Shown in pieces: positions 46,028 to 54,483 of a stretch of DNA of 64,000 nucleotides (position 1 is its first letter; each line of letters opens with the position of its first letter). The notes under the pieces are model-generated. The model had not been told where the DNA came from. It did no database searches and saw only the letters and a program-made list of their open reading frames with translations. This stretch comes from a virus (taxonomy: Duplodnaviria; Caudoviricetes). The position numbers and the translations under genes are program-made. The stretch is taken from IMG/VR virus record IMGVR_UViG_3300001765_000076, positions 14,122-78,121 of that record; one strand, given 5' to 3'.

Positions 46028-47443
46028 TTATTTGTTATTATTTTCTCTTTCTCTTCTTTCTTTTACTCTAACCAGTAGGTCTTTGGTCATATCATTTGTT
46101 TTAGTGTCTTCTGAGTTGGTGTATTCACTCCAATTTTCATACATTGTTATTTTACTAGTATCTATAACACATGTACCATTATTGAACTCAGCACCTTTCA
46201 TTACTGACCCAGATTTTCCAGACCTATTTTTTAAAATCGCTATTGTTGCTATATTGTTTTCAATATCTTCCATTGATCTTGCAATTGATATAACGATGTG
46301 TGCAATTTGAATTTTTGTCATTGAACCACCAGCTTTATCCATTGTAACGACCTCTGCGTTTAGTGAGTCTTTAGTTCCTTGTGTTGGAACCCATAATGCT
46401 ATGTTAAAGTCAGATGCTAATGATTCTAGTTGTCTCATTGTATGTCCTTCTCCCTGCCATTGATCCTTATAATTTTTACTTGGTATTAGACATTCAAAAT
46501 AATCTAAAATAACTAATTCTGGATTAAATCCACTATTTATTAGTCTTTTTAAATAATTTCTAACTTGTATTGGACTTATTTCGCCTGTATTGAATTTTTT
46601 AATTATTAAGTTTTTATCAAACGTATCAATAAATGATGCATCGTTTTTCATAATTTCACGAACCATTTCAATGTTTTCTGGTTTTGATAAATCCCTAGAT
46701 TCAATACCAGTAATTTTTCCAATATGTTTTCTTTGAATTTGTTTTTCTTTATCTTCAAAGACAATTTGAACAACTTTAAATCCTTTAGATGCAGCGTAAT
46801 TTGCGTAACTAGTTGTTAATGAGGTCTTTCCGAAGCTCGATGGTCCGATTATAACCCCCAATTCACCTTTTCCCAAACCACCTTCCAATGCACTATCAAT
46901 ACCACCAACCCCAGTTGGAATTACACTTCTATAGTCTTCAGAAAGAACTTCACCTAAATTATCTCTAAGGTGTGTACCAATTTCGTCTCTATTCCCGTCT
47001 GATAGAGCTTTTCTAATCATTTCTTCTAGTTCATCGTATCTATCTATATCACCTAATTTTAATAAAGCACCCATTTCGTTATGGACTTTAACTAAGTTTT
47101 GTTGTTTAAAAAATTTATGAGCTTTTGATTTAATTGAGTCAGCACCTTCGCAGGTTGTATTTCTTATTTTCTCAATATTATCTCTTATAAATTCAGCATC
47201 TATTTCCGTATTGGCTTTAGCTAATAATTCGATCTCCATACCCTCATAGGACGGTACGTGGTCATATGTCTTGAAATAGCCTTGTAACGAGGCGAAAAAT
47301 TTCCTTATGTGAACATCGGTAAACATATTTTGATCAACTAAATCACAAACATCCCTAAAAAACTTTTTATCATCCATAAAATGGTGAATCAATCTATATT
47401 GAAACTCTGGACCTAAAAATCCTAAATCTTTTCTCTCTGACAT
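46028..47443 (-). CDS. dnaB: DnaB/T4 gp41-like replicative helicase
   Basis: GELGVIIGPSSFGKT (Walker A), VILDY, ILKNRSG. Confidence 0.9.
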   Translation of the reverse strand: MSERKDLGFLGPEFQYRLIHHFMDDKKFFRDVCDLVDQNMFTDVHIRKFFASLQGYFKTYDHVPSYEGMEIELLAKANTEIDAEFIRDNIEKIRNTTCEGADSIKSKAHKFFKQQNLVKVHNEMGALLKLGDIDRYDELEEMIRKALSDGNRDEIGTHLRDNLGEVLSEDYRSVIPTGVGGIDSALEGGLGKGELGVIIGPSSFGKTSLTTSYANYAASKGFKVVQIVFEDKEKQIQRKHIGKITGIESRDLSKPENIEMVREIMKNDASFIDTFDKNLIIKKFNTGEISPIQVRNYLKRLINSGFNPELVILDYFECLIPSKNYKDQWQGEGHTMRQLESLASDFNIALWVPTQGTKDSLNAEVVTMDKAGGSMTKIQIAHIVISIARSMEDIENNIATIAILKNRSGKSGSVMKGAEFNNGTCVIDTSKITMYENWSEYTNSEDTKTNDMTKDLLVRVKERRERENNNK

Positions 47444-47497
47444 ATTCTATATCTATATAACTATTTTTTTTAAAATTTATCTCCTTAATATTTTTTA

Positions 47498-47542
47498 GAC
47501 AAATTTGCCGAACTACTTTTTACGGTAACTCGGCATCTTGTC
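47498..47542 (-). other. Long intergenic RNA hairpin upstream of the helicase
   Basis: GACAA..TGCCGAGTTAC / GTAGTTCGGCA..TTGTC; no U-tract. Confidence 0.55.
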
Positions 47543-47559
47543 ATTGTTTTGTTATTCAA

Positions 47560-48375
47560 TTATTTACCTGATTTCAACTTTTCTCTGATTTCAGATTGGG
47601 TTAAAACTCTATCTACTTCTGCTTTTACTTTTGGTTTCATCAATAAATCATAAGTAACATCACCAAATTTTATTTCATTGGTATAGACATCGTAAATAGC
47701 ACTATCTGAACGCCCATCCATTTGTATTGATGTTGGTTGCAATCTACTTTTTACTGGTATATATTCACCTTTTCTTACTGCCATCGTTTCGTAACCTAAT
47801 TCGGGTAAATAATTTTTATAAATTACTTTCCTGTTATTTTGTTTTGGAAACGATGCACATACACTACAAATCAAATTTCTAATTGAAATGGTTAAGTCTG
47901 ACTTATCAACTGATGCCTTCTGAGCTACTTGACGTTGAAAATCAAGAGCTTGGATGTTAATTGATTCGTATTTAAATTTTTTGTTTGTTAGGTCGATACT
48001 ATTTCTAACCTGATATGGATATTCATCACCAGACCATGATTTTGAAATAATAGGGGTTTCACCATCAAAAAATGTAAATTTTAGACTAACTGTTTGATTT
48101 TCTGGAATTGGAATATTGAATTCACCCTCCTTGTAGTTCTCATCGTAGTTATACCATGTATGGACTCTAGATTTTGATTTTAAGTCCATGTCAATCATCG
48201 TAACTACGTCATCTATACACTCTTTTAGTTCAATTGATCTCAATGACTCTTCATCGAAATTGTGGATACTAAAATCTCTCTTGCAAATTGTCATATCCTC
48301 ATTAGTACCATCGTTGATGTTTAACGTATATGAAAATCTATAATCTGTTTTATTAAACTCTTTTTTCTCTTCCAT
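47560..48375 (-). CDS. Hypothetical protein
   Basis: 271 aa in the replication operon. Confidence 0.75.
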   Translation of the reverse strand: MEEKKEFNKTDYRFSYTLNINDGTNEDMTICKRDFSIHNFDEESLRSIELKECIDDVVTMIDMDLKSKSRVHTWYNYDENYKEGEFNIPIPENQTVSLKFTFFDGETPIISKSWSGDEYPYQVRNSIDLTNKKFKYESINIQALDFQRQVAQKASVDKSDLTISIRNLICSVCASFPKQNNRKVIYKNYLPELGYETMAVRKGEYIPVKSRLQPTSIQMDGRSDSAIYDVYTNEIKFGDVTYDLLMKPKVKAEVDRVLTQSEIREKLKSGK

Positions 48376-48379
48376 GGTA

Positions 48380-49520
48380 TTAATCTTCGTTTTCTGTTTT
48401 AAATTCTAATTCTGATTCATTATCAATTTTCTTACCTGTTAACTCACTTAATTTATTTAGTAAAAATTTTGAATATTGTTTTTTATACGAATCAATTTTT
48501 TCTGGGTTCCAAAGTCCGTGTGACAAAGAAGAAATCTTACCTTCATATTCCATGCCGTTTATATGGTTTTTAAGAACCTTTATTTTTGTTGTAATACCAT
48601 ATCTATATGTTTTACCGTTAGATACAGCACTCAATTTTTCAACAGAAGAAGTTGTTATACCACCTAAATGAATTCTAAGTCTACTAAACCATTTTGTACC
48701 ATCACCACCACTAGTTTTTAATTGAGGAGCACCCATTTGCATGTTATCAACCCATACTTTATTTATAAAAAACATAGTATTTGTATATGGACTACTCTCT
48801 TTTCTTGATAGTGGTATTCTATTATTACCAATGACGTTAAAGGCATTTTTTATAGCAAAAGCATCAAACATAGGGTTGCCAACTGGGGACATTACAGATC
48901 TAAAGGATGGTATAGAACCAACTGAATCCCAAATAAAGCACATTTCATAGTCTAATTCATCATGACCACTTCCTTGCATATTTAGTAGCTCATTAATTGA
49001 ATAAGCAATATCCTCAATAACGGCAACTGTTCTTTTAGGCGATGCTACTGCTTTACTATCTTTATAGTCCATTTTTCCGTATTTTTCAAACAGAATAGCT
49101 GCATCGTAATATAAGAAAAAACCACTATGATCAATCACTTTCCTCTCAATTTCACCAGTATCTTCATTTAATACATCGTCATATACATCTTCAAATTCAA
49201 CCCCGCACATTCTAGCGTGTTCCCACGGAAAATTACCCTCTGTTTCATAAATAACTGGTAAAATACCAACTCGTTGACACTGTGCAATTATCTCTAACTT
49301 AAAAGTAGATTTACCAGTATCACTATGTCCCATGATATCACTAACATAACCTTTTGGAATGCCTGGTAATTTAACCGCATCGTAAAAACCTTCTGGTAGT
49401 ACTATCCACTCTAAATCTTTGTCTTTTACACCATTTAAATTGTTTTTTGTTTTAAATGCATTTAAGACATCTTTTTTATCAGCATATTCTGTTGATGCCG
49501 ACAAATCTTTCTTTTGCCAT
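48380..49520 (-). CDS. recA: RecA/UvsX-like recombinase
   Basis: GHSDTGKST Walker A, FIWDSVG. The ATG at 49520 is out of frame by one base; the track start is TTG at 49504. Confidence 0.85.
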
Positions 49521-49571
49521 AATTTAATTGTTTTTTCAATGTTTTACTCGAAACTATTTTATTGTTTTTTT

Positions 49572-49997
49572 TTATTTATTTGTTGAACCAAAACCACCAG
49601 TTCCACGTTCTGTGCTACTTAGCTCGTCTACTTCAACTAATTCAATGCTTGGATATGGAACTATAATTATCTGGAAAATTCGTTCCCCAACATTATAAGT
49701 CTTCGAAATGGAACCATTTGTCTTATTAAATGTAGCCTGAATAGTCCCGCGATACGAACTGTCAATTACACCAACGGAATTACTAAGCTCTAAATCATAA
49801 TTTCTTATTGATGACCTAGGAAATGCCAAACCCACATAACCAACTGGAATTTCCAATGCAATATCAGTATCGTATGTTATTTGGTAATCGCTTTCATTTA
49901 AAACTCTAGTTGCTGTGAAATCTAAACCAGCATCACCTTCTTTCGAATATGCTGGTGTAACAATGTCCTTTGAATTTTTTTTAATTTTTACTTGCAT
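49572..49997 (-). CDS. dut: Trimeric dUTPase
   Basis: DAGLDF, PRSS, GVIDSSYRG, GERIFQ, RGTGGFGST. Confidence 0.95.
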   Translation of the reverse strand: MQVKIKKNSKDIVTPAYSKEGDAGLDFTATRVLNESDYQITYDTDIALEIPVGYVGLAFPRSSIRNYDLELSNSVGVIDSSYRGTIQATFNKTNGSISKTYNVGERIFQIIIVPYPSIELVEVDELSSTERGTGGFGSTNK

Positions 49998-50096
49998 TAT
50001 AACTTTTTAATTGTTTAACTTAAAACTAAGAAAATGGCGGTTACGTTGAAATGTTTTTAATCTTTCAAGAGGCTTCACCGACTATCTTTTAATTAT

Positions 50097-50993
50097 TTAG
50101 AAAGGTAAACCTTCGGCTTCAACCTCTGGTGTTTGACTATCCACTACTTCATCGTCATCTTCCTCTGATTCTACCGCTTCTTCCTCTTTCTTATCCAACT
50201 CCTTTTTATCAATCCATTTGTTGGTTGGTTTATCGAACCATGGCTCACCACCGATTTGTACGATTTCAAGGTATTCAAATGGTTTAATTACAAATACATC
50301 GGTCCATTTCTTTGAATCACTAATCCAAGCATCGATTTGTTTTTCATCTTTTGAAATTGGTGTTGATTTGATAGCTGCTGAGATGTTGGAAATTTTAGAT
50401 TTTCCTTTATCATCTTTTTTAATTGTAACAATCAAATCGTGACCCTCTAATTTGTTAAAGATATTAATACCTTCATCTTTAAAGTTTTTCTTCACATCCA
50501 TGATATTATCCAATGCAACTTCACTGAATTTCCAAAATTTAGGTCCGAAATCTTCATCTGAGCGTTCAATGACTCTAGCCACAAATCCTTTACTTGAATT
50601 ATTTGCAAATGCTATTTCTTTGTATTTCTCAGCTAAGATGTCATTTCCTTTGGCTTTAGCTTCTTTTTGAGCCGCAAAAGCTTCACTTCTAGCATCACAA
50701 AATGGACAGTCTTTATTTGTTCCTTCTGGTGTGTTTTTTGTGTTTTTTGGACATACAAACGATTTGTTAGCTTTTTTCACGTAGTGTGAATGTACCTCCT
50801 CGTAGATAATCTGAGAGTCTGGTAAAAGTGGTAGAATTCGAATAACGATTTTCTTTTCTTTCTCATTATTACCTAATTTTGTATCTAGGTAATTTTTCTT
50901 GTCATAAATAACTGATTTTTTCTCAGTTTTAATTTTTGCTGCTTTAATAGCATTGTACTGCTCCTCAATGGGATCTAGAATTTCTTCGCTCAT
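50097..50993 (-). CDS. T4 gp32-like ssDNA-binding protein
   Basis: IRILP..HSH..VCPK..CPFC Zn ligands, KFWKF, acidic tail ending GLPF. Confidence 0.8.
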   Translation of the reverse strand: MSEEILDPIEEQYNAIKAAKIKTEKKSVIYDKKNYLDTKLGNNEKEKKIVIRILPLLPDSQIIYEEVHSHYVKKANKSFVCPKNTKNTPEGTNKDCPFCDARSEAFAAQKEAKAKGNDILAEKYKEIAFANNSSKGFVARVIERSDEDFGPKFWKFSEVALDNIMDVKKNFKDEGINIFNKLEGHDLIVTIKKDDKGKSKISNISAAIKSTPISKDEKQIDAWISDSKKWTDVFVIKPFEYLEIVQIGGEPWFDKPTNKWIDKKELDKKEEEAVESEEDDDEVVDSQTPEVEAEGLPF

Positions 50994-51118
50994 TTTTTAA
51001 GTTTTTTTATTTGTTTTTTTAAATTTTTTTTGGTTTTATGGATGTACCAAATCATCATAGTATTTTTGTTTTGAAAGACTAAATTGAGGCTATGTACCAC
51101 TGTCTTTCAAATTCATCT

Positions 51119-51150
51119 CAAATGTACGAAAAATATTTCTAAAAACCAAA
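51119..51150 (-). promoter_or_regulatory. Bacteroidota sigmaA-type promoter
   Basis: TTTG-N20-TACATTTG. Confidence 0.85.
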
Positions 51151-51185
51151 AAGTCTTCAAAAATATTTTTCATTAAGTTTTAAAA

Positions 51186-51926
51186 TTAATAACCCATCAC
51201 GGATTTCATAGATTGATTTACTTCATTATCATCCAAACCAAATGTTTTATAAATATCTCTTTGATTGTTACTTAAATCGGATGTTTTCAATTCATATTCC
51301 TTTTCTGGTGAACTATCACTCAATTCATATGTTCCTTCAGCTTCTTTTTGTTTCCAATAGTCTTCTGGCGTCTGCGTAAATGGAGCACCTAAAGTTTGAT
51401 GTTTTTGTAAGATTTCTTTTGGTGTTGGATTTCTTTTTTCTATTTCAGCTTTAATGTTTTGCATTTCAGTCTCAGTAGACGAAAGGATGTTATCAACTTT
51501 ATTAGTTAACGTAGAAAGTATGCCCAACATTTCACCAGTTTGACTTGCTAGTGCGTTTACCGTATTGGTTACTTTTTCTTGGTCATCAACTAAATCAGTC
51601 ATATCAATTTCAATTTCACCACCCTCTTCTGGTGCTGGTTGAATTGGAGCTTCTGGCATTGGTGGAGATTGTACTGGTGCTGTCTCAGGAGTCGCTGGTT
51701 GTTGTATATCCATTGGATTAACCTGTGGTTCAGCTTGTGGTTGTTCCGCTGGTAATTGAGCTGTAGCATCGTCTACTGGTGGTTGTACATCCAAGTTTGG
51801 ATCTTCATCATCTTCATCCAATAACATATCACCTTTTTTGGTTATAAAGGAATACTCTTTCAGCATATTGAATTTTTTCTGAACATCAACAATTTCTTGC
51901 TCCGTTAACTGTTTATATTTTCTCAT
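51186..51926 (-). CDS. Putative virion/scaffold-like protein with Pro/Gln-rich linker
   Basis: QLTEQEI..MLKE leader, acidic PEQPQA region, coiled coil. Confidence 0.65.
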   Translation of the reverse strand: MRKYKQLTEQEIVDVQKKFNMLKEYSFITKKGDMLLDEDDEDPNLDVQPPVDDATAQLPAEQPQAEPQVNPMDIQQPATPETAPVQSPPMPEAPIQPAPEEGGEIEIDMTDLVDDQEKVTNTVNALASQTGEMLGILSTLTNKVDNILSSTETEMQNIKAEIEKRNPTPKEILQKHQTLGAPFTQTPEDYWKQKEAEGTYELSDSSPEKEYELKTSDLSNNQRDIYKTFGLDDNEVNQSMKSVMGY

Positions 51927-51940
51927 TTAATTTGTATGTT

Positions 51941-52150
51941 TTAATCTCTAAGTAATTGACGATTGTCTTCTGCTAAAATTGTTTTCTCTCCAATGCGTTC
52001 AATTAGACCATCTACTTTTTTAAGTTTCTTTACTGGTATAGTTTGTTCTCCGATTGGAAATTCATTTTCTAATTCAATTTCTTGATTTTGTCTATTCACA
52101 AATGAATCTAATCTATCGTGAATGTTTTTGGTAACTTGCTTTGCTTGCAT
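51941..52150 (-). CDS. Hypothetical small protein
   Basis: 69 aa, below TATATTTATA. Confidence 0.65.
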   Translation of the reverse strand: MQAKQVTKNIHDRLDSFVNRQNQEIELENEFPIGEQTIPVKKLKKVDGLIERIGEKTILAEDNRQLLRD

Positions 52151-52178
52151 AATAACTTTTTTAATTATTTGTTTTTAT

Positions 52179-52188
52179 TATAAATATA
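52179..52188 (-). promoter_or_regulatory. Candidate late promoter TATATTTATA
   Basis: 28 nt upstream of the start at 52150. Confidence 0.5.
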
Positions 52189-52195
52189 TCTATTA

Positions 52196-52618
52196 TTATT
52201 TTTTTTCTATTTCTAGTGTAATTTTTTTGATTTTCTTGATTGAAAGTTTATTTTTGTTAGATAAAATTAGTTTATTACAATAATCATCCCATTTAATTTC
52301 ATGGTTTGTATAGTTTATATTACCTATATCACAACCATTTAGTTCTTCAATCAATCTATTTAAACCGTTTATAGAGAAAACACACCCACATTTAGTATTT
52401 ACAATAGTAGCATTATTGAAATGAAACTTTAAATCTATCCTTTTATCATTTTTTAATTTGAAAGTAAGTAAGTAATCTAAATCATTATTTTCTATCTCGT
52501 ATATAAAAACGTTTTCTTTCTTTACTCCAAATTTCTCATTTACATATTTAATAAGCCATTCAACATTTAATTTAGGTACGAATGTAGCTATTAATATACT
52601 TTTTTTACTGATTTCCAT
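52196..52618 (-). CDS. Hypothetical protein
   Basis: 140-aa ORF. Confidence 0.7.
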   Translation of the reverse strand: MEISKKSILIATFVPKLNVEWLIKYVNEKFGVKKENVFIYEIENNDLDYLLTFKLKNDKRIDLKFHFNNATIVNTKCGCVFSINGLNRLIEELNGCDIGNINYTNHEIKWDDYCNKLILSNKNKLSIKKIKKITLEIEKK

Positions 52619-52643
52619 TATATTTTTTAATTTTATTATATTT

Positions 52644-53787
52644 TTAATATGTTCTTTCTCTTATTGGTTCCTCTTCTTTTGTATACATCCCATATAACTT
52701 TGTTAGTTTTTTAAGTTGTCTATCAGTATTTTTATTTATTTCTAACTGTTTACCTTTAAAATAACTCATTACGTCTGCGTTATCCATCTTTTCCAATTCT
52801 TTGTTATAAAAGTCTAAATTTTCGTCTACTAATTTCTTTATACCACCTACTATGTTTGATAGATGCTTTTTTAAATATTCTAATTTAGCGTTTCTAATTC
52901 CTATATACAGTAATTTAAATATTTCAATTATTTTATCATCATCGTTCATTTCTTCAACACCTTCTAAGTTACTTAAATTTGAATTTACTTCACTCATATA
53001 ATTATTCTTTAAGCCAATAATTATATTATCAATAGTTATATATTTGTATTTCACAAGGGTTTTATATATATCTGAGTCTAATAAAAATGTTTTAAACTCG
53101 TTTTGAGGTATTCTACCATTCATCATAACTGAAAATAATTGACTATTTCTTGTTAAACCCTCAAAATCATTCGTGTAATATAAACCAATTGTTAAATCAT
53201 TGATAGGTTGAATTGATTTACCTATATTTTTATGATAACCAAAATAATTAGCTTTTTTCATTATTGGGTTTAATGGACTTTTAATTCCATCAAATTGATG
53301 TTTTAACTCATGTGTCGTTATTTCATTAAAATAACTCCAATTATTTTTTATTAATTTTATTATATTTGCATTTGTAATGGTGAAATTTGTATTTGTTTCA
53401 AATGTATAAACGATCATATTATTCTTTGCTGAATATTCTACTTCTCGTATTTTGAAACCGCGTTCTCTTTTGGTTAGAACATCACTAGCTGCTCCACTAA
53501 AACTAACACCCCTACCAGTATATTCAGTACTTCTTTGAACTTCTATTATTATTTTGCATGGAATTAAATTCAAAATTTGAAATGTTGAAATCACCTTTTA
53601 TAGTGAAAAATTCTTCGTGTTCTGCTTTATCATTTATTTTGGTTACTAGGTGTTCGACTATTTTAGTTAGTATTTTATCTGAGGTTTCAGTTATACCGCT
53701 AGGGACACCAAAACTTCCAAAAATAACCATCTCAATTATTTTTCTTAAATTATCTTCATTTAGTCTTATTATATTCTTTTCTAACAT
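52644..53787 (-). CDS. Probable single gene split by a frameshift (87-aa + 316-aa ORFs); HExxH motif
   Basis: ORFs overlap by 71 nt (53524..53594); N-part has leader IRLNEDNLRKIIE; C-part has TTHELKH. Confidence 0.55.
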
Positions 53788-53792
53788 TTAGA

Positions 53793-54398
53793 TTATTTTT
53801 TTTCTTCTATTATTTTAATTAAATAAGGTACTATTTTATTGTTTTGTGTGTTGTATTTTTTAAATTCCTTTGGTATTATTTCATCGTTGAAATATATTTT
53901 ATTACCTTTTGAATATAATATTCTATATATTTTTTTTCTATCTATTTTTATAAAATCTATTGCGTTTAAATCAAATCCATATACAATACCATCACAATAG
54001 GCGTAAACAAAGGAGTTGAAACGAATATAAATATGAAATATTTGTTTAGAAATTAGCTTTTGTATTAAAATCTTTACCTCCGATTGTTTTGCTGTAAGGA
54101 TGTTTACATATTTATACTCTGTTTTTTTGTCTACGGTTTTAAAGAATCTAGTTATAAATGACTCATAATCAGCTTCATAGTCAACTCTACGTTCTTTTTT
54201 TGTAAATGTCCAATATATATTTTCATCTATTTTTCTTTCTAGTATTGAAAGCTTGGTATCTGGAAATAGACGTTTCGCGAAATCCCATCCTATGATTAAG
54301 GTTGGGATTTCACTTATAGTATCTTCTAATTTGTCTGTTTTGAATAAGAGATCTGATTTTTTAACATCAATCTCCGAAACTATATTACCTAAGTACAT
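53793..54398 (-). CDS. Hypothetical protein
   Basis: 201 aa directly below a promoter. Confidence 0.75.
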   Translation of the reverse strand: MYLGNIVSEIDVKKSDLLFKTDKLEDTISEIPTLIIGWDFAKRLFPDTKLSILERKIDENIYWTFTKKERRVDYEADYESFITRFFKTVDKKTEYKYVNILTAKQSEVKILIQKLISKQIFHIYIRFNSFVYAYCDGIVYGFDLNAIDFIKIDRKKIYRILYSKGNKIYFNDEIIPKEFKKYNTQNNKIVPYLIKIIEEKK

Positions 54399-54426
54399 TA
54401 TTTGAAACTGTTTTTGTTATTTTTCT

Positions 54427-54458
54427 CAAATGTACGAAAAACTTTTCAATAAACCAAA
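54427..54458 (-). promoter_or_regulatory. Bacteroidota sigmaA-type promoter
   Basis: TTTG-N20-TACATTTG. Confidence 0.85.
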
Positions 54459-54483
54459 TAAAGTTTCAAAAAAATATTATTAT

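Noticed and set aside
50025-50092. Long imperfect hairpin between the SSB and dUTPase genes as a novel ncRNA
   Set aside because: Pairing is imperfect and ends in a U-rich tract on the minus strand, so an ordinary attenuating terminator explains it
921-54458. The ~35-nt repeat as a CRISPR array or integron-like att site
   Set aside because: Copies are kilobases apart, non-palindromic, always upstream of gene starts and match the Bacteroidota promoter consensus; no cas or integrase gene is present
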